A DNA stretch of 64,000 nt from a virus, in the IMG/VR virus record IMGVR_UViG_3300042691_044868, positions 6,965 through 70,964 of that record, one strand, 5' to 3'. The notes below the pieces were generated by a model, which saw nothing but the letters and a program-made list of their open reading frames with translations, was not told where the DNA came from and did not search any database. Every line of letters starts with the position of its first letter. Position 1 is the stretch's first letter. Of the stretch, positions 36,334 through 45,210 are shown piece by piece. Both the position numbers and the translations under genes were made by a program.

Positions 36334-36362
36334 AGTATGGATAAGTGTCTTTGTCCTGTCAA
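36334..36362 (-). promoter_or_regulatory. promoter TTGACA-N17-CATACT, 10 nt from GTG 36323
   Basis: Read directly on the reverse complement. Confidence 0.7.
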
Positions 36363-36369
36363 TCAGGAT

Positions 36370-38103
36370 TTAATGGGATAGGAAGGCATTCGCTGAATGC
36401 ACCGAGTCCAGTTTCCTGGCTTGGTCGAGCCAGGATGACCTCATTTTCCCTCCAACAAGAGACCCGGCCTGGATGCCCAGGCGTTGTCGGGCCAAATCGA
36501 GACCCAGGAAAAAGGCGTCAGCCAAGTCGGGAGATCTGCCTAACCTTAACTTATAATCGCGTTTGGGTTCGACCGTCACCTTGCCTCCGGCGGTGGTGGT
36601 ATATTTCCGCCCGGTCATCTCCTTGGCCAGGTCGGGGAGCACCCCTTTAAGCTGGTTGGCCCGCATATATTCAACCCCGGAAAACCACAGTTCGGTCACA
36701 CGATTGGTATATTTATCGGTCCCCTTGATGGGGTTTGTAATGCTAACGGGCAAACTGGATGCTTTTTCTCCAAACTTGATTCGCAATATCCGTTGCGACC
36801 ACAACTCGGACAAAATATCGCAAAAAGGGTCTCCGGCGCCGGTGGCGTCGATTGCCACCCGCTCCGGGGGGATGTTGTTCTCTTGACAAATTCGCATGAC
36901 TTCCCTGGCGATTTGAAAGTTCCTGGGCTCTGGTTTGGTTACGTCTTCACGAAGATAATGGAACTTGTGAAGGCAAACAGACGGCCCGGCTTCTTCACTT
37001 TGACCATACTTAAGAATAGCTAATACAGACCTGTCACCTCCGTTGGTAAAGGCAGGGTCAAAGCCTGCCAGGAACAAAGGTTGACTCGTCCATCTTGGTT
37101 CTTTCGCCACATCGTATTTCCTAAAGTCGGCTTCCGAATATATACCCTCCTCCGCGCCCACCGGGGCTGGGAATGACCGGATGAACCGCCAGAAGGACAG
37201 GGAGTTTTCGCCTTCGTTCTCGATGGCGTATTTGACTTGTTTGGATGTCAGCAAGAAGGGCCATTTGTCATTGTGCTCAATGTTCGGCGTCTTGAGTCCG
37301 TCCAGGTGGATGCATTTGCCAAGCTTTGTCTCCCACTCTTCGGAATCGACGGTGACCGAATTCCACCCATCCTTGGGTGTGGAGAAAACACCAAATGGGT
37401 CGTACTGGGAGTTGAAGTTTCCGAGGGCAACGCACTGAAAATACGGGTTGGCGTTAAGATTGTTAATTGCTTCAAAAACCGAGTTTGTCACGTCGGTTGC
37501 CTCGTCGATGATCAGAAGAACTCGTTTGTTTTTCAAACCGATCAACTTTGCCGTAGCTTCCTTTTCCTTATCGGGACTTGAGGGAACCAGGGTAATTGAT
37601 GACCGGTCGCTAGCTTCCCCTGACTCTTCTGGATTTAAAACAATCTTACCCATCGAGTCGATCAGCTTACCGGGCAGACCCGGAACCTGCATGTATCGTT
37701 CACGAATAGAACCCCATAAACGCTTCCTTGCTTCTCGAACGGATGTGGTGGTTACCAAGACGAGCGTCTCATGTGGAGCGCAAAGCCAGTTGACCAAACC
37801 CCACATAGCCAAGGTCGATGTCTTGGCCGACGATTTCGGGCCAGATATAGCCAGGTAATTGTGCTCGCATGCCCGCTCGATCATCCAGTCGGCCCAGGGA
37901 TGCCAGTTAAATCCATTCTTGTTTTTCTTGGCGTGGTAAGGCCATAGAATATTGACCGCGTTTTTAAAATGCTGGGCCTTACCCAATCCTCCGTTCTCGG
38001 GGCACAACCCCCACTTGAAGGCGAGCAACTCGATATCGAGATCACTGGCCCCGTCAGGCCAGGACTTTCCATATTTATCAATAGGCAAGCGGCTACTCTG
38101 CAT
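36370..38103 (-). CDS. terL: terminase large subunit
   Basis: Walker A variant SGPKSSAKT, Walker B LLIIDEA, LGN, nuclease GFDPA..GGD and SPDLADA. True start may be TTG 38088. Confidence 0.9.
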   Translation of the reverse strand: MQSSRLPIDKYGKSWPDGASDLDIELLAFKWGLCPENGGLGKAQHFKNAVNILWPYHAKKNKNGFNWHPWADWMIERACEHNYLAISGPKSSAKTSTLAMWGLVNWLCAPHETLVLVTTTSVREARKRLWGSIRERYMQVPGLPGKLIDSMGKIVLNPEESGEASDRSSITLVPSSPDKEKEATAKLIGLKNKRVLLIIDEATDVTNSVFEAINNLNANPYFQCVALGNFNSQYDPFGVFSTPKDGWNSVTVDSEEWETKLGKCIHLDGLKTPNIEHNDKWPFLLTSKQVKYAIENEGENSLSFWRFIRSFPAPVGAEEGIYSEADFRKYDVAKEPRWTSQPLFLAGFDPAFTNGGDRSVLAILKYGQSEEAGPSVCLHKFHYLREDVTKPEPRNFQIAREVMRICQENNIPPERVAIDATGAGDPFCDILSELWSQRILRIKFGEKASSLPVSITNPIKGTDKYTNRVTELWFSGVEYMRANQLKGVLPDLAKEMTGRKYTTTAGGKVTVEPKRDYKLRLGRSPDLADAFFLGLDLARQRLGIQAGSLVGGKMRSSWLDQARKLDSVHSANAFLSH

Positions 38104-38137
38104 AATGACTTGACAGTTGTCAATTTAAGTTCAGTCT
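38095..38137. promoter_or_regulatory. interlocked divergent promoters at the structural/replication arm boundary
   Basis: ttgaca-gt-tgtcaa at 38110-38123; plus strand TTGACA-N16-CAGTCT; minus strand TTGACA-N17-CAGAGT. Confidence 0.6.
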
Positions 38138-38166
38138 GGCCGGACGCTTGGGAACACATATGAACC

Positions 38167-38568
38167 GTGAACAGTTGTCAAAAAGGAAAGGTTGGAGAAC
38201 GTGAGTGGCGCGATGTCCTCAAGGACAAAGGCTTTGAAGCGCGCAGGGGCAGGCAGTTCTCCGGTAGCCCGGACAGCCCTGACGTTGTCTCGAACCTCCC
38301 TTTTCACTTTGAAGTCAAAAGGGTTGAGGCCCTCAACATTGATAAAGCTATGGAGCAGGCCCAGCGAGATTGCGGAAAGAAAATGCCTGTCGTGGCCCAT
38401 AGAAAAAACAAACGTCCGTGGCTGGTTACGATGCTTGCGGAAGATTGGCTCGCGCTAGTCCGTGAAAAACACTCCGACGCCTGTAGTTCTGCACCCGTGG
38501 CAGGAGAAAGCGAAGAGCACTTTACTTCAGGCGCTTCGGAACCACTCGATCGCTCTCGATTGTTCTGA
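38167..38568 (+). CDS. PD-(D/E)XK nuclease, putative Holliday junction resolvase
   Basis: NS.QKGK.GERE, SPDVV, HFEVKR, PVVAHRKN..PWLV. Confidence 0.8.
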   Translation: MNSCQKGKVGEREWRDVLKDKGFEARRGRQFSGSPDSPDVVSNLPFHFEVKRVEALNIDKAMEQAQRDCGKKMPVVAHRKNKRPWLVTMLAEDWLALVREKHSDACSSAPVAGESEEHFTSGASEPLDRSRLF

Positions 38569-39766
38569 CACCGGAACTGGTAAAACCGTAACGGCTTGTT
38601 CCGTCGCCAAGGATCTTGGCCTGCCGTTTGCGATCATTGCTCCAAAGATTGTACTTCCGGCATGGAAGGAATGGTGTAGCACATTTGGGCTACAACCTGA
38701 ATTTGTCTTAAACTACGAAAAGCTCAGAACCGGTAAAACTAAATTCCTCAAAAAGCTGGGCAATAAGCAATGGGAATGGGCCAATGCTTCGAAAGACTTT
38801 TTGTTTATCTTTGACGAAGTGCACCGATGCAAAAGCTACAAGTCCCAAAACGGGGCCATGCTCGAAGCGGCCCGTCCGTCCAAAATACTAATGCTGTCCG
38901 CAACTGCCGCGGGGAGTCCCCTGGATATGCGATTTACTGGTAGACTTCTAGGACTCCACAACGGCGTCAACTTCTTCAGCTGGCTCCACAAAAACGGTGT
39001 GCTCAAGGCTCCCTGGGGAGGATTCATCTTCCGAGGGGGAAAGAAAGTGCTCGTGGATATCCATTCGAAAATCTTCCCAGAAAAGGGAGTCCGGGTAAAG
39101 ATTGACGAGCTTGGGGACGCTTTTCCGTCCAACCAGGTAAACGCCCAAACTTTCGACATCTCGCCAAGGATTGGAGAACTGTACGAGGAAGTCGAAAAGG
39201 AAATAGCCGAGTTAAAAAACAAAGCATTGTCGGATCGAGATCCTGAAAGCCCGCTTACCAAGCGCCTTCGTATGCGCCAGGAAATCGAGCTTTTGCGGGT
39301 TCCAGTCATGGTGGAAATGGCCGAGGAGTTTATCTCTGAGGGGAAAAGTGTGGTGTGCTTTGTCAATTTCAGGCAGACGTTGGATGCGCTGATGGAAAAA
39401 ATGGAAAAGTACCAACCAATATACATTGCCGGAGACCAGTCGGAAACAGACCGGCAAGACGTGGTCAATGCTTTTCAATCCAACGCCCATTATTTTCTAG
39501 TCTGCCAGATAGCCGCTGGCGGGGTCGGTGTAAGTCTTCACGATTTAAATGGAAGACCACGGGTGTCCCTGATTAGCCCGACATATTCGGCGATCGATTT
39601 GAAACAGGCTCTTGGTAGGATTCACCGATCGGGAGCCAAGTCCCCCGCCCTTCAGTATATTCTGTTTGCGGCCAACTCAATCGAAGAAGAGGTCAGTCAC
39701 GCAGTCCGTAGAAAACTCAAGAACATCGAGTTGTTAAATGACGGCGATCTTCTCACGCACAATTAA
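38462..39766 (+). CDS. SF2 DEAH-type helicase
   Basis: DTGTGKT, IFDEVHR, LSAT, AGGVGVSL, QALGRIHR. Confidence 0.9.
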   Translation: MKNTPTPVVLHPWQEKAKSTLLQALRNHSIALDCSDTGTGKTVTACSVAKDLGLPFAIIAPKIVLPAWKEWCSTFGLQPEFVLNYEKLRTGKTKFLKKLGNKQWEWANASKDFLFIFDEVHRCKSYKSQNGAMLEAARPSKILMLSATAAGSPLDMRFTGRLLGLHNGVNFFSWLHKNGVLKAPWGGFIFRGGKKVLVDIHSKIFPEKGVRVKIDELGDAFPSNQVNAQTFDISPRIGELYEEVEKEIAELKNKALSDRDPESPLTKRLRMRQEIELLRVPVMVEMAEEFISEGKSVVCFVNFRQTLDALMEKMEKYQPIYIAGDQSETDRQDVVNAFQSNAHYFLVCQIAAGGVGVSLHDLNGRPRVSLISPTYSAIDLKQALGRIHRSGAKSPALQYILFAANSIEEEVSHAVRRKLKNIELLNDGDLLTHN

Positions 39767-39767
39767 C

Positions 39768-39795
39768 TTGACGTTTACATTTTAAACATCACAAT
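39768..39795 (+). promoter_or_regulatory. promoter TTGACG-N16-CACAAT, 13 nt from ATG 39809
   Basis: Read directly. Confidence 0.65.
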
Positions 39796-39808
39796 ACGCG
39801 GCACGCTA

Positions 39809-40045
39809 ATGGATACTTCACACGCAAGGTATAGCCCGAGCACCCTTAAAAGCCGGGAACTCTGTCCGGGGTACGAGCCGAAAAAAGACGGCGAAGTTCA
39901 CATTGTGACTCAACGCGGAACAGCCATGCATCAAGCCTGCGAGATTGGTGACTTTGACAATCTTAACGCCGAAGAAACAAAACTCGTTATGAAATGCTTG
40001 GATTACGTCGAACGGATCCGGGCGGAGTTATTGACCGATGCTTGA
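39809..40045 (+). CDS. N-terminal part of a Cas4/RecB-like (DUF2800-type) nuclease
   Basis: HARYSPS......CPG and RGTAMH...E are the usual N-terminal motifs of this family. Confidence 0.75.
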   Translation: MDTSHARYSPSTLKSRELCPGYEPKKDGEVHIVTQRGTAMHQACEIGDFDNLNAEETKLVMKCLDYVERIRAELLTDA

Positions 40046-40901
40046 CTTAAAGGAAATCAAACTTGAAGTCTTCGATCAATGGGGGTTTGTCGACCGCTTG
40101 CTCATTCGCGGAAACAAAGCCCACCTCATCGATTACAAATTTGGATTCAATCCTGTCGATGACGCAGAGCACAACGCTCAAATGTGGGCTTATACGATCG
40201 GAGTTTTTGACAAGTACGATTACGTCACAGACGTCACCGTTCATGTTTTGCAACCCCGGCTCGACCTTATCTTCACTCACTCATTTAATCGGGCATCCGA
40301 TTATGGGCGAATGGAAAAACGAATCAAAGGAATCATAGAAAAATGCAAAAATCATACCGAATCCGATTACACACCAGGGGATCAATGCGTATTCTGCGCG
40401 AAGCTGGCCGACTGCCCCGCGGTTCACGGAGCCACCATGCAGATCGTTAAAGCATATGACCTGGCACACGACGCGCAGTTGCCGGAACTATTTCATCCAG
40501 GCCAGTTGGCTACACCGGAACGCCGTGCCCAGGCCCAACGTATCGCTATGGTCATGGAAGCCTGGTGCTCCAGCGTCCGTAAACACAATTTGGAGTTTGC
40601 CAAAGAAGGCGGCGAAATTCCTGGTTACGGCCTTAAGGAAATTCAGGGCCGAAGGGAAATTAAAGATTCGCAAAAAGCTTGGGAACTTGTAAAAGACAAA
40701 CTCACCCCGGAGGAATTCAGTTCCGCTTGTGAGGTGAAGTTCACAGATTTGGCTGATCTAGTTGCGGCCAAAGCGCCTCGCGGTCAAAAGACCGTGGCGA
40801 AAGAACAACTGGAAGACACGCTCATCGAGGCGGAAGCAATGACGCGCGGTGAGCCGTCTTATCAACTAAGAAAAACAAAAGAGATAAAACAAATAAAATG
40901 A
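40038..40901 (+). CDS. C-terminal/catalytic part of the Cas4/RecB-like nuclease
   Basis: WGFVD, IDYKFG, QM..Y, PG.QC.FC.....CPA. Confidence 0.85.
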   Translation: MLDLKEIKLEVFDQWGFVDRLLIRGNKAHLIDYKFGFNPVDDAEHNAQMWAYTIGVFDKYDYVTDVTVHVLQPRLDLIFTHSFNRASDYGRMEKRIKGIIEKCKNHTESDYTPGDQCVFCAKLADCPAVHGATMQIVKAYDLAHDAQLPELFHPGQLATPERRAQAQRIAMVMEAWCSSVRKHNLEFAKEGGEIPGYGLKEIQGRREIKDSQKAWELVKDKLTPEEFSSACEVKFTDLADLVAAKAPRGQKTVAKEQLEDTLIEAEAMTRGEPSYQLRKTKEIKQIK

Positions 40902-41614
40902 AGACATCATTCAGTAAGAAAGACAAAGAAGCGGCGGAACAGAAAGAAACTCAGGCTCTGGCGACCGTGGAGAGCAAAGCTCCCATGATCTCCAACCGCA
41001 ACTCGGCAGTCGATGGCGAATTCAAAGCCTCCGACTTCCTGATCCCGCGGATCAACCTGGTGGGTAAGACCGGGAACCTGAGCAACAACTTCCAGCCGGG
41101 CTCCTTCGTCTTCAACAAAGAGATCGTTGTCGGGTCGAAAGACGCCCCGATGGAAGCGATCATCACCCACATCCAGAAGAAATATATCCAGGAAATTCCG
41201 TACGGAACCGATGTTATTCCGAAGATTTTCGCCTCGCAGGCCGAGGTGGAAGCTGCCGGGGGAACTCTGGATATCACCGAGGGCGACGACACGGACCGTT
41301 ATATTCCGTTCCTAGTCCTTACCCTTCTGGTTTCGGAACCCAAGGATAAGAATCCTGTGTTCTCGCTCGAAGGCCCCGATAAGAAGAACTACGCCTTGGC
41401 TCAGTATAATCTGACCAAAAGCGCGTATCGTGGAGCAGGTCGTCAGTTGTTGACGGACAGCCAAACGGTTCTTCGTGGCGGCTTGACCAAAGGTCGCTAC
41501 CACATTAGCAGCAAGCTCAACACCAACTCGATGGGCAGTTGGTTCACGCCGACCTTCAAGTTGGCTGGAACCAACAACGACGAGTTCCAGGCTTGGGCTT
41601 CCAGCTTGGTCTAA
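40898..41614 (+). CDS. putative ssDNA-binding/annealing protein
   Basis: DF.IPRI.L, PG.F and G.WF.P motifs; located between nuclease and polymerase; biased codons. Confidence 0.55.
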   Translation: MKTSFSKKDKEAAEQKETQALATVESKAPMISNRNSAVDGEFKASDFLIPRINLVGKTGNLSNNFQPGSFVFNKEIVVGSKDAPMEAIITHIQKKYIQEIPYGTDVIPKIFASQAEVEAAGGTLDITEGDDTDRYIPFLVLTLLVSEPKDKNPVFSLEGPDKKNYALAQYNLTKSAYRGAGRQLLTDSQTVLRGGLTKGRYHISSKLNTNSMGSWFTPTFKLAGTNNDEFQAWASSLV

Positions 41615-41618
41615 ATAG

Positions 41619-41789
41619 ATGAGGAAGGGGAGACGTTCCGGCATGGTGCGGCGCGAGATGCGTCGACAGGTCAAGTGTTCCTTGCCGCGTGAAACACCGG
41701 ACGTCCTCCGCCAATTTATCTCACTTTTGCAACATCTTAATTTTAACGTGAAAACAGAAGTAAAGGGTATATGGATCAAAACGAAATAA
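41619..41789 (+). CDS. small basic hypothetical protein (56 aa)
   Basis: Hand-translated MRKGRRSG...IKTK; fills the gap. Confidence 0.45.
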   Translation: MRKGRRSGMVRREMRRQVKCSLPRETPDVLRQFISLLQHLNFNVKTEVKGIWIKTK

Positions 41790-42082
41790 ACACGGACTTG
41801 GCCCCTGCCATCAGCGAAGTGGTGGCAGAAGCCGGAGAAGTCATAACCAAAATCATGTCCCGGGGATCGGACAAGAGTTTATTTGGACAATGGTTTCACA
41901 CCGATAGCCGGCGTTACAATGCGGATCGTCTGATTTCGCATGTAACCCAGGCCATGATGCAGATTGATGGAAACAGGCCCGATCCCGATCCGGCAGGAGA
42001 GAGTTCACTGGATCACCTGGAACGGGCGATGGTCAGGGCAGCGTTTCTACTCTACAAGACGCGCAGGGGAAAAACTTTGTGA
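41771..42082 (+). CDS. hypothetical protein, weakly like dATP/dGTP diphosphohydrolase (DUF5664-type)
   Basis: M..G..K....W ... H ... D..GE...DHL..A..R..FL pattern. Confidence 0.45.
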   Translation: MDQNEINTDLAPAISEVVAEAGEVITKIMSRGSDKSLFGQWFHTDSRRYNADRLISHVTQAMMQIDGNRPDPDPAGESSLDHLERAMVRAAFLLYKTRRGKTL

Positions 42083-42285
42083 TCGACGCACTGTTTCTGC
42101 GCGTTTTTGTGTGGATCAGCAAACTTTGGTTTGGCTCGGTCATATTTGCAACCGACCCGAAAACCGAGCGAGTAACTTCCATATTTTTCTTTGACAGGGA
42201 AGAACACGCGCACACATTTATGGAAATTATCCAGAAAGAGAAGCTTGACCACGAACTAAAAAAGGAGCAGACAAATGATCATTGA
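42079..42285 (+). CDS. hypothetical protein
   Basis: GTGA overlap with the upstream gene. Confidence 0.55.
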   Translation: MIDALFLRVFVWISKLWFGSVIFATDPKTERVTSIFFFDREEHAHTFMEIIQKEKLDHELKKEQTNDH

Positions 42286-42403
42286 ATGGCTTTGGAACCA
42301 GAGGGGGTTTGCATTCCCCAAGGTAAAAACAGAAACCAAAAGTACCCAGGCAAAAATCAGGGTCAGAAAGACCAAAACAAATGCCAAGAAACGCAAACGA
42401 TAA
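42275..42403 (+). CDS. small Lys/Arg-rich protein (42 aa)
   Basis: SD aaggag, then MIIEWLWN...KKRKR; hand-translated. Confidence 0.5.
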   Translation: MIIEWLWNQRGFAFPKVKTETKSTQAKIRVRKTKTNAKKRKR

Positions 42404-42530
42404 ACTGGCTCGAGAGCTCGTTGCCGCTTTAGATTACCTGCTACAGGAAGGATTTATATGTTTGACAGACCAGAAGGAACCCACGATTGTTTTAAGCAAG
42501 GAGGCAGCCATATGGAACTTAAAGAAATAG
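42381..42530 (+). CDS. small hypothetical protein (49 aa)
   Basis: Hand-translated MPRNANDKLARELVAALDYLLQEGFI...; fills the gap. Confidence 0.5.
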   Translation: MPRNANDKLARELVAALDYLLQEGFICLTDQKEPTIVLSKEAAIWNLKK

Positions 42531-42823
42531 TCGGCAAGGAAGATTATGATCAAGCTGATCATGGAAGACAAAGAAGTCTTAACCGCCTCCATAAATTTTA
42601 CTGCCGGGTCGTTGATCTGGCAGAATCCAACCACGTGACTGCCGTTCGCCTTGTGGAGGAGAACGGTCGTCTTGAAAACGAGAACGAAGGTTTGAGGGAT
42701 CTCTGCCAAGAGCTTCTTTCAGACATGGCCGACCTTGAGAAGGAATGCTCGGAATTCCGACGCAAAGTCCGGTCCGCCGTCCTCGAATTAACACCACACC
42801 AGAAAGAGAACAAACATGACTGA
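42512..42823 (+). CDS. coiled-coil hypothetical protein
   Basis: SD aaggagg before ATG 42512. Confidence 0.65.
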   Translation: MELKEIVGKEDYDQADHGRQRSLNRLHKFYCRVVDLAESNHVTAVRLVEENGRLENENEGLRDLCQELLSDMADLEKECSEFRRKVRSAVLELTPHQKENKHD

Positions 42824-43118
42824 AATAGTAATTAGAATAGAGCATAATAAAACAGACGAAAAACTGAACATCAGTGTTATCCCGAGGGATAACGAACCGA
42901 CTCTCGTGGAAAAGGACGTGTTCCTTGGGCTAATGCCCCTCGTTCACAGCCTTCTGGCGCAGATTCTGGGGCAAGAAGGATTTAAGTCTCCCGACAAAAG
43001 CGACCTTGTCGACAAACAAGGCAATGCGCTCAGCGATGACTACATGGTAGCCAATGGGATGGTTGAGCCCGAAGGCGGAGCCGAGGTAGTCGACCCGAGG
43101 ACCGGCGAGAAAAAGTGA
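42816..43118 (+). CDS. hypothetical protein
   Basis: Overlapping operon packing. Confidence 0.65.
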   Translation: MTEIVIRIEHNKTDEKLNISVIPRDNEPTLVEKDVFLGLMPLVHSLLAQILGQEGFKSPDKSDLVDKQGNALSDDYMVANGMVEPEGGAEVVDPRTGEKK

Positions 43119-43423
43119 GTTACTCCCCAGCCAGCAATGCGCTGGCCGAGGAGTTCACAATCATTCCGTATCCGTTTTCGGATACGGCTCGTGAGGAACT
43201 TGAGGCCGAATATGCGCTTCTTCTCTCATCGGGAGCCAAGCCAACCGAAATCAGTGACATGATTTTGTATGCGCTTGAGATCCTGCTGAACAAACGCAAG
43301 AAGGAAAAAGATCAGGCAAAGTACGACCAGCTTACATTTCAGCTGTCCGACATGCTTGGTCGGCTGGTTATATTTGAAGAAACATTCTTAAATCCAAAAT
43401 ACAAATACAAATCTAAAAAATGA
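43115..43423 (+). CDS. hypothetical protein
   Basis: GTGA and ATGA overlaps at both ends. Confidence 0.65.
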   Translation: MSYSPASNALAEEFTIIPYPFSDTAREELEAEYALLLSSGAKPTEISDMILYALEILLNKRKKEKDQAKYDQLTFQLSDMLGRLVIFEETFLNPKYKYKSKK

Positions 43424-45210
43424 ACACATACGCAATTGACTTTGAAACATACTACGACAAGGACATCTCCATCACCACGCTTGGTCAGTGGCACTATTTG
43501 CGCCACGACAAGTCGGACATCTATATGGTGGCCATTCACGGCCCGGATGTGGACTACGTGGGTAGTCCGAAAAAGGCCCCGTGGGCCAAGATCAACGGGC
43601 ATAGGTGGATTGCCCACAACTACAGCTTTGACGGCGCGGTGATCGAGAGATTGCGCGAGGCAGGTGAGTTCTCAGCCAGACCTGTTGTCTGGGACTGCAC
43701 CGCCAATCTTTCGGTCGCCGTGGGAGCGCCCCGCAACCTTGCAGGGGCCTCCCGTGAACTTCTGGAAAGAACCATCGACAAGGACCCCCGCGACAAGATG
43801 CATTCCAAGAAATGGATTGATGTCGAGAACACTGAGTTTGGCAAGGAGGTTTTGGAGTATGCCAGACAGGACGCGCAGGCTTGCTACCAGATCGACCAGA
43901 AGTTCGGCGGAAGCCTCCTTCCGATGGAGCAGGAACTTTCCCGCCACACGATCTCGATGGGTTGGGGCGGCGTTTATGTGGACAACGATGCCGTTGAAAA
44001 AGGCATCAAGATCCTGGAGCGAAAGACATGGGAATCTGAAAATGCATTGCCCTGGATCGACGAGACCGACGGCGTGGTTCTCTCGACCAAGGCATTTCGA
44101 CGGGAATGTGCCAAGGCCGGGATTCCCTGGCCGACCTCAATGGCTGAAAACTCCGAGGAGTGCGCCTTGTGGGAAGCCCAGTACGGCGACAGGGTTCCGT
44201 TTGTCGGCATCATGCGCGACTGGCGGAAAGCCAACTCGCTTCTGGCCAAGATGAAGGTCATGCGCTCGCGTGTGCGACCGGACGGAACCATGGGCTACGG
44301 ACTCAAATACATGGGCGCCCACACCGGGCGCTGGTCGGGCGATTCCAAATTCAATGTGCAGAATCTTCCCCGCAACGAAATGTTCGGCGTTGATTTACGG
44401 GGTTGCATCGTACCCCGGCCAGGTAAGAAGTTTGTGATCTGCGATCTGGCCCAGATTGAGCCCCGGGTTCTTGCATGGCTGTGCGAGAATGAAGGACTCC
44501 TGGACGCGATCAGGAACGGGTATGGCATCTACGAGGCTGCGGCGAAGAATATGAATCTTTGGAACGGCGCGAAGGGCACGCTGAAGAAAACCGACGCTCC
44601 GCTCTACCAGCTGGTGAAAGCCATGGTGCTGGGGCTGGGTTATGGCGCGGGAGCCAAGAAGTTCGCCCTCATCGCCAAGATGCAGTACGGGATTGAGATG
44701 ACGGATTCCAGGGCCCAGGAGATCGTCAACGATTTCCGCGGGCGCAATCCGGGAATCCTACAGCTGTGGCGAAAACTGGAGAATGATCTTCACCAGGCCA
44801 AGGCCGACAAACAACTTGAGGTTGGACTGCCCAGCGGTCGGGTTCTCACCTACCGCAACATCATGTCGCAGTGGCCAGAGAAGCAGAAGTATGACAAGGA
44901 CGGCAAAATGCGTAAGCCAGCCTGGACTGCGTGCGTTGAACGAGGCGGTCCGCAGATCCCATTCTATGGCGGGAAACTTTGCGAGAATTTGGTGCAGGCT
45001 GTGGCGCGTGACGTCATGGGGGCATCCATTCTCCGCCTGGAAAAAGCTGGCTGTCCGGTCGTGATGCATATTCACGACGAGGCAGTTTGCGAAGTTGACA
45101 AGGACGTTCCGGCTGGGGAAATTGAAAGGCTCATGAGTGAATCCCCCGAATGGCTTGAAGGTTGCCCAATCGGGGCGGAAGCGGTGGACGCGGAAAGGTA
45201 CAAGAAATGA
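43420..45210 (+). CDS. family A DNA polymerase with 3'-5' exonuclease
   Basis: ExoI IDFET, ExoII AHN..FD, ExoIII YA..D; HTGRWSG; motif A DLAQIEPR; motif B K...LGLGYG; motif C HIHDE. Confidence 0.93.
   Translation: MNTYAIDFETYYDKDISITTLGQWHYLRHDKSDIYMVAIHGPDVDYVGSPKKAPWAKINGHRWIAHNYSFDGAVIERLREAGEFSARPVVWDCTANLSVAVGAPRNLAGASRELLERTIDKDPRDKMHSKKWIDVENTEFGKEVLEYARQDAQACYQIDQKFGGSLLPMEQELSRHTISMGWGGVYVDNDAVEKGIKILERKTWESENALPWIDETDGVVLSTKAFRRECAKAGIPWPTSMAENSEECALWEAQYGDRVPFVGIMRDWRKANSLLAKMKVMRSRVRPDGTMGYGLKYMGAHTGRWSGDSKFNVQNLPRNEMFGVDLRGCIVPRPGKKFVICDLAQIEPRVLAWLCENEGLLDAIRNGYGIYEAAAKNMNLWNGAKGTLKKTDAPLYQLVKAMVLGLGYGAGAKKFALIAKMQYGIEMTDSRAQEIVNDFRGRNPGILQLWRKLENDLHQAKADKQLEVGLPSGRVLTYRNIMSQWPEKQKYDKDGKMRKPAWTACVERGGPQIPFYGGKLCENLVQAVARDVMGASILRLEKAGCPVVMHIHDEAVCEVDKDVPAGEIERLMSESPEWLEGCPIGAEAVDAERYKK

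Noticed and set aside
29841-42082. Two ORFs both starting MDQNE (30059 minus, 41771 plus)
   Set aside because: No similarity beyond the first few residues; treated as coincidence.
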